Source: Takakia lepidozioides | Taxonomy: Eukaryota; Plantae; Bryophyta | DNA: 64,000 bases | Direction: 5' to 3' | NCBI GenBank assembly: GCA_030704615.1 | Contig: CM060731.1 | Location: 14,756,001-14,820,000, forward strand | Shown: in pieces, positions 25,326 through 36,900 of the stretch | Layout of the letters: every line of letters begins with the position of its first letter | How positions within the stretch are numbered: position 1 is the first letter of the stretch | The notes under the pieces: generated by a model | Told to the model about the DNA's origin: nothing | The model's database searches: none | What the model saw: only the letters and a program-made list of their open reading frames with translations | Program-made: the position numbers and the translations under genes

Positions 25326-25484
25326 GTCCATACCTGTGATAGAGCTATAAGGTGATGGGCGTGCCTCAGTCCTGGAGGAGATTAGATGTGCGACGGAAGA
25401 ATGGGGAATTTTCCAGGTACACAATTCTAGAGAAGAGAGGTAGCTTCTTGGATATCTATATTAGGAGAGATCTTTCCTCTTATT

Positions 25485-25550
25485 CCGCCTAAACTAGGCG
25501 CGGGGTCTATGGCCACAAGGCTACCTCAAAACGTCTCATTCATGAATACA
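25485..25550 (+). mobile_element. Tiny 3'-end remnant of the RTE/RTEX-like LINE
   Basis: AAACTAGGCGCGGGGTCTATGGCCACAAGGCTAC matches the 3' terminus of the full-length copy (42542-42575). Confidence 0.75.
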
Positions 25551-25953
25551 TTCTATGTAGAGAAATCTCTGATTGGGAAGAAGTGAGCTGGATAGGCAAG
25601 GTAAAGATGTCCTCTCTTGTAGACTGCACATGGTTTGAGGATGCAAAATCTCTGACCCATCCCATTCTAACTAACTCCAGTCCGAGCTCGGGAACAGGCT
25701 GATATTCCACCATTGATGCTTTCATGCGATTTTTTGGATTTTAACCCCCATAACAAGTACCTCACCCACTGTTTTCCCCGTCGAAATCTAGCACTAGTAC
25801 CTACTTGTGGGGATTGTTTCTCCTGTTCACTTCATGGCTTACTACCGTGGCTTGTTCGGTGGAGCACATACTCTACCGTCCTAGAAAAATATAAACGGCC
25901 CATTTCGGGCCTGGCGGCCGTTTAGGGGTTAACCCACCACTCAATTTCATAGA

Positions 25954-27593
25954 TTGTACTCATAAGACGTTGTTTGCCGTAGCCTTGTGGCCATTGACCC
26001 CGCGCCCAGTTTGAGCGGGAACAAAAGGGACAGAACCTACCTCTGTCACGGGCTGACGTTGGTAGTAAGACTTACCTCCATATAAAGAATTAATCCGGGT
26101 TTTCCAGATATCCTCTAGAAATCCCTTCACACAAGCATCAATCCGCTGTGTGTGATTTGCCCAAAAACTAGGCCTCAGGAGGGCCTGGGCTTTTGGCTCA
26201 GCCTCCAGACTTTCAAAGTTGGTAAACAAGGGTACAGTCACAATTCCCTTAATAGATTTGAAGAGAGCCTCTCTTTGGTGAGAGAACTCCGGATAGTGTA
26301 TCAGAAAATGAATACTGTCTTCAGATTGCCCACACAACGGGCAATTGCACTCTCCCTTTCCTCTCTGCTTCTGTTTGCTGTTCAAAGGTAGGCTTCCTGC
26401 CCTGAGTTTAAATTTCAGTCTAGTGCCGAGAGTGGGTAGACCCTTGAGGTCATCCAAGATGTCCTCCCCCATGTCACAGACTGGAACAAGTTCAGGGAAG
26501 TTTTCTGCCTAACTTTATTTTCATCATACAATCTCATGGCAACAGACATGGCTGAGGACACTACGGCCTCCAAGTCAGATTTATCCAGCAGGGTCAAGAC
26601 TTGCGGATCCAGGTCTAGGTCCTTGAGGATCTCTTCTACTCTCTTCTGCCAGGACTTAGCCTGTTTGACAGGGCGGTCCTGTTTCCAAGATATAGAGTCG
26701 ATAAATTTAGGAAATCTGGTGTTGGGCATATGTTGCAGCTGACCCCACCATCTGACCTTGAATTCATCTCGTCGGGAGCGTAAGGACGGAATGCCAAACT
26801 CACCCCGAACAGCCACATTGGCTGTTTTGGAGCATGCTGACATACACTGCTTAAGCACCCCCACTTGAATGGATTCTAGAGACTTAGCCTGGTTGGAGTT
26901 ATTAACCCATATAGCAGATCCGTACTCCAAGGCAGGTCTAATATCGCGACAAAGCATGGTTTTCTTAACCTCAGAGTTGACCCCTCTGCAGTGGAAAAAT
27001 TTAGTGAGCCCCAGAGCTTTGCCCTTGCCAGTTTGAACAACTTTCCGGATATGTGCATCCCAATTACAATTGGAGGAGAACTCAATGCCCAGGTAAGTGT
27101 AGGAAGGGAGGACCGGGATCTCTTGGCTACCCCACTGCCACTTAAGATCACTTCCTCCCTCTCCTCTGTCGTTGAATGCTACCACTGCACATTTGCTGAC
27201 ATTAGCCTCTAGCCCCCAAAGATCAAAGTATCTCTTCGCGCAATCAATCAACTCCTGGAGATTGGTTGGAGTCTCCCCTATGCCTGTGAAGTCATCCGCA
27301 AACATAAGGGCTGGTATGGTGGTATCACCCACCCTTAACCCAAATCCCTCACTTTCCACATCCTCGAGGAGTTGATTGATGAAAACATTGAAGAGCAGAG
27401 GGGAGAGAGTACATCCTTGAGCTACACCTTGGTCTATGTCAAAGAAGTTGGACTTCTGTCCGTTAACAGTGACACAGCTTTTGGTGTGAGCATACAAGTT
27501 GTGGACAACTCTCCACATCTTTCCCTTGATCCCATAGGCCATCTCTCCACACTGTGTCATAAGCCTTTTTGACATCCAGGAAAAAGACATAAG
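25954..27593 (-). mobile_element. 5'-truncated RTE/RTEX-like LINE (RT plus C-terminal zinc-knuckle region)
   Basis: ORFs 26415..27647 and 25960..26472 are near-identical to 40941-42600 ([37 protein letters not shown]). 8-bp TSD TTCATAGA at 25946-25953 and 27594-27601. One frameshift and a 20-bp internal deletion. Confidence 0.93.
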
Positions 27594-27989
27594 TTCATAG
27601 AATACGACAGACATCTTGGTTTGGTGATACACAGGAAGCAGCTGCAAAGGGAATAAAAGTCAAGATTGCCCAAGTTACACTGGAGCTCCACTGCTCCACT
27701 ATACTATACATACTGGCATGTGTACAACTTGTCTTACAACACTCTTTAGACAGTCGACCTGTGAACCTGGTCATCCTTGCTCAGCCTTTTATTAGGAATG
27801 CCTGAATTGTCACAAACCTTTCAGAAAATGCACTAAGCCCATCTAACGGAAAATGTCAAGTGCATGCTGATCCACAGAAGATGACAGGAATCCAGTGGCT
27901 CATCCATTCTCCAGGCCAGCCATGCACACCTTCACTCTGCAGGTCAGGCTTTCTTTGCTTTCAAGCAGGAAAACTTGAAGATACTAAAA

Positions 27990-30900
27990 TTAAATCTCAT
28001 CTAATTTGCTCAGAGCCTTCAGTTTCTGCACAGTGCACCATCCATGGCATTTGGTCAGAGGTCAGAGGTGTATCATAAGGTGTCAACTAGTGTGAGCCAC
28101 TGCACCAGGAGTAACTGACTGCAAGTAACTGCATTGCAGACACTAAGATAAAAATGAGTTGAGCATGAGGTATACCTGAATAAACTGATGGGGATCGTCC
28201 AGATTAGTGGAACCCAGTACTACTTCTCGTCTCAGTTGCCCAGTCAGCCTATGTGCTGCCCGTAACTACCAGCCCATCCAAGCCCACCACGAAATGTCAG
28301 ACATCTACTTCTGGATGGTGTACTCCAGTGCTGCTTATTTCGTCTTGCTCCAACTCCAAAACTCAATCATGAAGGGATGATTGCCTAGTTCAAAATACAC
28401 TTTGTACTTTCCTATGACAAATCTAGAAGTGACTCACCTCAGAACGTGTCATGCCACCGATAATGAAAACAAATATGCGCTTCCCATTTACTTTCGGATC
28501 ACTAACAACCCTTCTTAGAGATGAGTCGCTGCCAGGTGAAAAACACACCCGTGTTAAGAGATGAAACAGATTGGTGATATCACCCAGCAGTCACGCACTA
28601 ACACCACATGTACTACTTAACAGAGTTAGTAAAATTACTTACTCTCGGATGACAGAAAGAAAGAAAAAGAGAACACCTTGACCTCCTGAAGACCATATCA
28701 AAGACACCAACATCGTTGGAAGAAGTGCCTATTCACAAAATTCCCTTTGCATGATGTCCACACTTAGAGAGAGAGAATGTACACATAAAGACGTTTGCCA
28801 TAGCCTTGTGGCCATAGACCCCGCACCCAGTTTGGGCGGGACAAAAGGGAGCAGATACTACCATTGTGAGGAGATTACTCAGTAGTGGGACTTACTGTGA
28901 TATAAGCAATTTGTTCGGGCTTTCCAGATTTCCCCTAGAAATCCCTTCACACGAGCATCAATCTGATGCATGTGAGCTGCCCAGCAGTTAGACCCCAACA
29001 GGGCCAGGGCTTTAGGCTCAGCCTCAAGATTATGAAAGTTGGTGAACAGAGAGAAGCAGGGACTATGTTCTTGATGGTCATGAAATGGGTCGCTCTCTGA
29101 TGAGACTACCCCGCACATTGCATGAGAAAATGGATATTGTCTTCAGGCTGCCCGACATTCGTTATTGACAACCTCCCTTTCCTCTCTGCATCTGGGCTTT
29201 TGGCTCAGCCTCGAGACTTTCAAAGTTGGTGAACAGACGTTCAGGCACAATTCCCTTGATGGATTTGAGGAGGCGTCTCTCGTGAGAGTACCCAGGACAA
29301 TGAATCAGAAAATGAATATCGTCTTCAGGTTGCCCACACAACGGGCAATTGCAGTCCCTTTTTCCTCTCTGCATCTGTTCAAAGGTGGGCTTCCCGCCCT
29401 GAGTTTAAATTTCAGTCTAGTGCCGAGGGTGGGTAAACCCTTGAGGTCATCCATGATGGCCTCTCCCATGTCACAGACTGGAAACAAGTTCAGGGAAGTT
29501 TTCTGCCTAACTTCATTTTCATCAGACAATTTCCTGGGAACAGACATAGCTTTGGACATTACAGTCAGATTCATCCAGCAGGGTACAGACTTGTTGGCTT
29601 ACATTCAGATCCTTGAGAATCTCTTCTACTCTCTTCCGCCAGGACTTAGCCTGTTGGACAGGGCGATCCTGCTTCCAAGATATAGAGTTGATTAGCTTAG
29701 GATATCTGATATTAGACATGTTGCAGCTGACCCCACCATCTGACCTTGAATTCATCTCGTTGGGAGCTTAAGGAAGGGATGCCAAACTCACCACGAACAG
29801 CCACATTGGCTGTTTAGAGCCTGCTGACATGCACTCCTTAAGCACCTCCACTTGAATGGATTCTAGAGACTTAGCCTGGTTGGAGTTATCAACCCATACT
29901 GCAGATGCGTACTCCAAGGCAGGCCTAATAACACGGCAAAGCATGATTTTTTTAACTTCAGAGTTGATCCCTCTGCAGTGGAGAAATTTAGTGAGACCCA
30001 GTGCTTTGCGCTTGCCAGATTGAACGACTTTTTGAATATGTGCATCAAAAATTACAGTTGGAGGAAAACTCAACGCCAAGGTATGTGTAGGAAAGGAGGA
30101 CTGGAATCTGTTGGCTTGCCCACTGCCACTTGAGATCACCTCCTCCCTCCCCTCGGTCGTTGAATGCCACCACTGTGCATTTACTGTTGTTAGCCTCTAG
30201 CCCCAAAAAGGTCAAAGTATCTCTTTGTGCAATCAATCAACTTCTGGAGATTGGAAGGAGTCTCCCCTATGCCTGCGAAGTCATCCGCAAACATAAGGGC
30301 TGGTATGGTGGCATCACCCACCCTTAACCCAAATCCCTCACTTTCCACATCCTCGAGGAGTTGATTGATGAGAACATTGAAGAGCAAAGCGGAGAGGGTG
30401 CATCCTTGAGCTACACCTTGGTCTATGCCAGTAGAGAAAGATCGTACTCATAAGACGTTGTTTGCCGTAGCCTTGTGGCCATTGACCCCGCGCCCAGTTT
30501 GAGCGGGAACAAAAGGGACAGAACCTACCTCTGTCACGGGCTGACGTTGGTAGTAAGACTTACCTTCATATATAGAATTAATCCGGGTTTTCCAGATATC
30601 CTCAAGAAATCCCTTCACACAAGCATCAATCTGCTGTGTGTGATTTGCCCAAAAACTAGGCCTCAGGAGGGCCTGGGCTTTTGGCTCAGCCTCCAGACTT
30701 TCAAAGTTGGTAAACAGGGGTACAGGCACAATTCCCTTGATAGATTTGAAGAGAGCGTCTCTTTGGTGAGAGAACCCCGGACAGTGTATCAGAAAATGAA
30801 TACTGTCTTCAGATTGCCCACACAACGGGCAATTGCACTCTCCCTTTCCTCTCTGCTTCTGTTTGCTGTTCAAAGGTAGGCTTCCTGCCCTGAGTTTATG

Positions 30901-33900
30901 CCAGTAGAGAAAGAGAGAGAGGGAGAGAGAGAGAGCCCTGGGATGGAGAAGAGTAAAACCTTGAAAACCCATCATCAGAGGCTGCTCGGGACTTGGAGGC
31001 CCAGGTAGTACCTGGACCCCTGGCAGTAGTCCGTCTGGATTGCACCGGTGTAGAAGAGGGGGCTGTTGGAGGGCGCACAGAATGAGACGAAGAGGATGTG
31101 TCTCTTGCTCCACCTGATGGTTCTTTCAGATAGGGGTAATCTTCCCTGGACAGCTGTCCCTTGTCCAAATCTTCCACCAGATCCTGCATCCTCCATCCAC
31201 AGCGTTCACACATTTAGTACAGCCTTGTTTAATTTTAAGAAAAAACACGATTCCCTTACCTTGTCTCCTTAAGCGATTATAGCCTCAAAAAGCACATCAC
31301 ATTTTGAAACGTGCGGATGTGGAGGAAACCATGTGTGAGAGATAACTCACTCCATGGTCAAAAGCAATTGCAATGGCAAATCTGGCTAAGACTCATCTTG
31401 AGCCGTGACATACGGCAGATTTAGGAACAGAAACACTACGATGAGGCATCCCAACATAGGGTACCAACAAACAGGAAACCTGAAATGGATAGAAATGGGT
31501 ACATGAATTAACGGAGAGAAACGCGATAACATCCAACTTTCTTGATTTTGGTTTCTTTCCTTTCTAAGTGGTCGTTTGTTCTGCACAGAACCACCTTTTG
31601 TCAGTTCACATTTGTTGTCATAGTCACAAACTTCCACCTCAAAATAATCAGATTTACATGTCCTTCCAGCTTGTGAAGGTACCAAAAAGGAATCAAGGGC
31701 TCAGCATTATTCATGGTTGTCATTTTCCTGAAAGGAGAAGGGTACAAAAGGTAGGTTAAGGATCATGAGCCTTCAGGAAACTCTGACCGACAAGCAAAAC
31801 TCATATATTTTAGCACATTCATTACTGATTAGATTGATTGGTGCCCAAGCTGACCCAAATACTTCAGGGACCCATACCCTCCAAGTCATATGCATCAAGG
31901 TTTCCAACTGTGACACATCCCCACTACATTCTTTTAATTACGATATTTGCACTCTGGAATTGCGACAAATAGCTCAAGATTTGGCTTATGTGCACTGAAA
32001 GTTTTGAGACACTTTCCAGGAGACTTCTGACAGCTCCGATGACTTGCATGCCAATACAGCCATTTCAAGCCAACCCAAAGAGGATGCCTGCATGGATTCA
32101 AGTGGTGGTACGTGGCTTCCTAACTCAGATTTTATGACATTCAGAGCAAGTACAAGCTACAACTGCAGGATCAATCCTAAAGTTAGCCCAGCTGCAGCTG
32201 CAACACAACATTCTCTGGTCAGGATAGGATATTGCGTGCAACACTACCTTCCGCGTGCCAAATTTAAGCGAAAACCCCACTCCGGAATGCTTCTTGGACA
32301 CTTGAACTCCAAGGTATTCTAAGTTGTTAATACCGTTCATGTCCTCGGCACTTAATCGTGCCAACTGCACAATGTCAGCATAGCATCAGAGTTGCTCAAT
32401 GCAACGCTATAGCACCAGAAGTTAGAACTCAGCATCTTATCTAGTGAACCCCTGATCTAATGCCAGGATGACAAAAAAAAATCATGCCAATCATGACACT
32501 CATTTTCACTGGCCCGGCCATGATCCCTCATGCATGGTCAAGAACTCTAGCTCAATTACAAACACAGCTTGCTAAAAAAGCATCCCCATTGCACATCATG
32601 GAAGAGATATATATTAGTTCACCAAACAGGAAAGTTGGCATGAGCTAATGGTGAGACCTGCATCCACTGGAGACGCTTATTTGCATCCAACTTTTCAGGA
32701 TGGGTAGCAGCATAGATCATCAAAAGCCGCAACTTGTTTTCAGAACTCATCTCCTGTGACCGCACTCAACTTCAAGTTAGTAAATAAACTAGACCTACAG
32801 AGCAAAACATGTGACCAATCCGTTGAGATAGAAAAATATACCAAAGCGGGAAGCCCAGAGGTGGACAAATGCGACACACTCTAACATCAAAATGAAAGCT
32901 GAAACCAGGTAGAGCTTGCACCTGGTTAGAGTTTAGTATGCCGATAAGCTCCTTCATTGTTGCATCTCCATAAACAAAATCCTGCTCCAGATTGCCGATA
33001 TCACTCAGCCCATCTTCCTTGATCTTGGCATTTAACACTGTCGCAATCTGCAACCAATGAAGACTCACAGGTGATCAACCTAGACAACACAATGCAAGCA
33101 AATGAATACGATTGGCACAACACAAACAGGGTCACATTTATGCTACATTCACAAACAGAAGACAAAACAGCCAGCCATTGCTGGTGAGACAGTTTCTCTG
33201 GGATACAAACTCAAGTTCTACTCCACTAAAGGCCAAGTAACAGAGAAGAACTTTCCTATTGGTAAACCGTCAACAGCATAAGCTGTTCTTACTTTTGCAT
33301 TTCCCACAGCACTAAGATGAGGAGCACTAGCATAGTGATTAGGGGAAAAGAATACAAACACTGAGTCTTCCCAGATAACATCATAACAAAAAGGGTATAA
33401 CAACACCACACATCACCAGGTCAAGAGGATTATCTGCTCCTTTCAAAGTCACTACTACCCAGGGCTGGACCACATGACACAAGCCAGTCACAATTGTTTT
33501 GCACCAAGAACCAGTTGAGTATTCCCTCAACTTTCCTATGCAGTACCATGCTCAAACTAATGCGTTTCAATTCCCCTTTTAAGATGGTCAAGCTGAACCG
33601 GCAGCAACCAAGTCGTCAATTGGTTGTTTACTTGGATTCTAGATCGTGCTTGGATGTCAGGCCAACAACTTCCAACATGCTCTCCCAAGGAGGTGCCAGA
33701 CTCTACTACAAGACACTCGGCACAGCTTAGTCTAGCTTTACCAGTGCGAATCACCAAAAACAAATCTACAACAAGCATATAGCACACATGAATGATTACA
33801 TGGATATGAAGGCTGAGCTTATCAAGCTGATCTCGATATTGTGGGAGCGCCTGCACCATTTTCTGCATGTCTCTGGTTGACAACTCTTGCCCCTCCCTGT

Positions 33901-36900
33901 CCAAATTAACAGATATCATGCACCTTCAATTTTAGGAATGGTGATATGTCACATCCAAAAGCATCAGAGAAATGAACACCACAAGTATATAGTTGTTCAC
34001 GGAACTCTTCAGCACACTCCATCTTGAAATGTACAGCTGTTTGCAGTTTTCTTCAAAGTGGAGGCAAGAGACTACGACAGACAATAGATCCCAGGATGGT
34101 GCAGCCAAGTGCTCACAGAAGATGACATCTATACCCGCTGAAGACACAGCAGGTTGCAATAAGTGTGCTGTCTTGAAACTCAGCCAGCTGGAAAAAGCAC
34201 ACTCCCTCAGGTGAAGCAGTGAAGGGATATCAATTATGCATAACAGCAAGCAGCCTGGCAGAGCAGCTATATTCTTTTGTAATCCGTCACTTTTACCACC
34301 CAGCTTCCATTCCCTACAACAGGGAGCAATCGTCTATCTTTCAAGACTTCACTTGAGACCAACTAGATTGGGCCAGAACATGTCACCGTACCTTGAACCC
34401 AGTTTAATTTGAGCAGCCTTATTCTTGGAGGCAAATTGTTGCATCTTGTTGGTTAATAGCACGTTTGCCTGCTCCATGAGTAGCACAGCACATGATCAGA
34501 CTTGCCAGAACAGTTGGACAAGTAAGAACTAACCAGCCAGAGTAAAGCACAGATTACATACATCAGCAATGAAGAGGTCCCGTAGTTCCACCCAGATGGG
34601 ATCATGCTCCTCCAGCAGAACTTCCTTGCAATCCTTCTTGCCTGATGAGTTGGTCATCTGCACATTGATTCATTCTAAAATAGTCTAAGGAACAAACCAA
34701 CTTTGCATTGCAGCACAATGCAAAGGCTCCAATCATCAGTGATGCTCTTTAACTCAACATAGACAAGCATCTAGTGTAGTGTACAGTTTTTGACCAGCAT
34801 ACATAGGGTCCACAGTGTACAATTTATTGGAACATCAAATTTTGCGACCCAAAACACAGTTGGTAAGATGGAAGATGGAAAGGAGCCAGTGGGCCCATAG
34901 GCACATTACCTCATATAAGAACTTGTTGCCATCCAGATCCAAGAGATCATGGCACATGGCATCATATGTCCACTCATGTATGACTGGTGCCACCTGCACC
35001 CTTCCACACTCTTCGAGTTGATGCTTGTATAACTATATGTTAAAACTTCGACTTGATGCCCCTCGTGCCTACTACAACTATAATCTAGTTACCCAGCTTC
35101 CAGTATAACTCCTCGGATCTCAAGAGAATAAGACATCTTCCATCAAGTCCCACAGCAGGTCTGGAGAACTTTCAAGTCTCAAGGCCAGGAATGAATGAAA
35201 CAGTTTAATAACTGCAAGACAAGTTATGCTTTCCAGCTCGACAGATGATCCACAGTGGTCTTGCTGTGCAGCGGAATTTTGGCAGATCCAACAAATTTTT
35301 TGGAAATACTATGCGGAAAGGCCACAGAAAAACGTTATCAAGTACCGGGTCAATTGAACGATCCACAATAACAAGCTCGCATGTCTCCATCTGAGGAAAG
35401 TTCAGCAAAGACGCCTTGTACTTCATAAGGCGTTCCCAAAGTGCCGCTGCCATCTTTGTAGGTAGAAGGTCACGGGCTGTGGTGGCTGATGTAGAATCAG
35501 CAGCAGCAGATCTAGCTGCACGATAGCGTACCAAAGGAAACTCCTGCACAAATAACACTTGGCAAGGCAGCCTAGCTCAATAGAGGCTCATCTGCATAGG
35601 AAGTATCAACATTCTGAAAAGGGGTGGAGGACTGTGAGGGCCCAACAATAGTATGATGCAAGTGCAAGAGTTGGACCACTACTGTGCAACTGGCAACTGC
35701 AAGTGAAGAGCCAACCTTCATGGATGCAAACACTGTCGATAGTCGAATTGCTAGAGTCTCAATACAAGAGTCAAAATTGCGAGTACCCTCGCTGCGCTCT
35801 CCAAAAAGCTGCTCCAAGGCTTCCTCGTTGTCTGTAGTGAATCCCTACAGTACCCTTTTCGAAATGACTCACTGATTCATACAAATCTGTTGCTTCATGC
35901 CCAGCCTACTATCTCATCTCATGAAACCCGACCTAAAATGAACATGCAACAATGTCCACCAGTCTTTCCCCTAGCCCACAAGGCTCCCTATTGGCTTTCC
36001 CCACAAAGCTCCTTACAGACATATCACAGTCAGATTGCAGAATGTACATCTTAATTTGGCTAATATGCTGCATATATCACTTCACAAAAGATGTGCAGAA
36101 GATGCCTATAAAGATTAGGACCATCCAATAAAGAACAATTATGGCATGAAATACCTGTGAATCAATTGTCAAATACTCCAAGTTCATCTGCAAAGTGCCG
36201 GCATAGAACTCTGTAAGCACAAAATTGCTAGGAAAGGACCTTGAAGTATTGACCTGCTATAAGCCAAGTTACATTTAGACATTTAAAAGTGGTTCCGTCT
36301 AGAAGAACATTTGCAACTAAAATTCCTCCAACTCACAAGTTTCTTATGAGGCCCAAGCAGTCAACATTGGAATCTCACCTCTCTAAGAGCTGCAATTCGA
36401 GATAAAACAGATGGATCGCCCTTGATAGCTTGAAGCAAATCACGTGCAATGGGTGAACTAAAGAACACATACGCCCTGCCACAGAAATACTGAGACTATC
36501 CTAATGAGAACATTCACAATTCCAGTTTATAACCAACAGCAGTCCATGTCTGGCTTTTGATTGAATTATTGGGCGCCAGACCAGCGGCCCGTGCGACCCC
36601 TTTTTATCCAGCGGCGGGCAAACAGCGCCCCGCTGAGCGGCGGCGGCGCAGACCAGCGGTCCTAGGACCGTTGATCCTTCACATATTTAAGGGGGGGGGG
36701 GGTGGTTATTTTTGTACTATTCCTGTGGCTCCTGCTTTTCATGTGTTATGAGAGGAGATCATCTCTGAATCGAGAGAGGAATAGCTTGTTGCGAAGGGCC
36801 GGAAGAGGCCGTCGTTTTGAGTTATGACCTGCTGCCTGACCAGCCCTTTCAACAATATCATGGCATGCGCATACTCCTCAGTGACACCATCTGCTAAGAC

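Larger units (their letters stand above)
22000..25450 (-). pseudogene. Heavily decayed L1/Tx1-type LINE ORF2 relic interrupted by three younger DNA elements
   Basis: After removing the insertions, minus-strand translation gives degenerate RT motifs in the expected order: SPPGL (like KSPGxDG, about 25370), ISGRTAANAI (like FxPGRxIxDNI, about 24470), LLGLDQ (across the hAT TSD), NADDT (about 23205) and RYLEI (like KYLG, about 23050). A T-rich tract at about 22001-22028 fits the poly(A) end. Many stops and frameshifts. Confidence 0.45.

Noticed and set aside
25881-25925. Minus-strand Helitron 3' end (hairpin AAACGGCC...GGCCGTTT plus CTAG)
   Set aside because: CTAG is not followed by T and I could not place a 5' TC boundary.
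30448-31213. Novel KEULE-LINE zinc-knuckle fusion protein suggested by ORF 30448..31113
   Set aside because: It overlaps KEU exon 18 in a different frame and runs through the intron donor. It is a chance juxtaposition of exon and inserted LINE.
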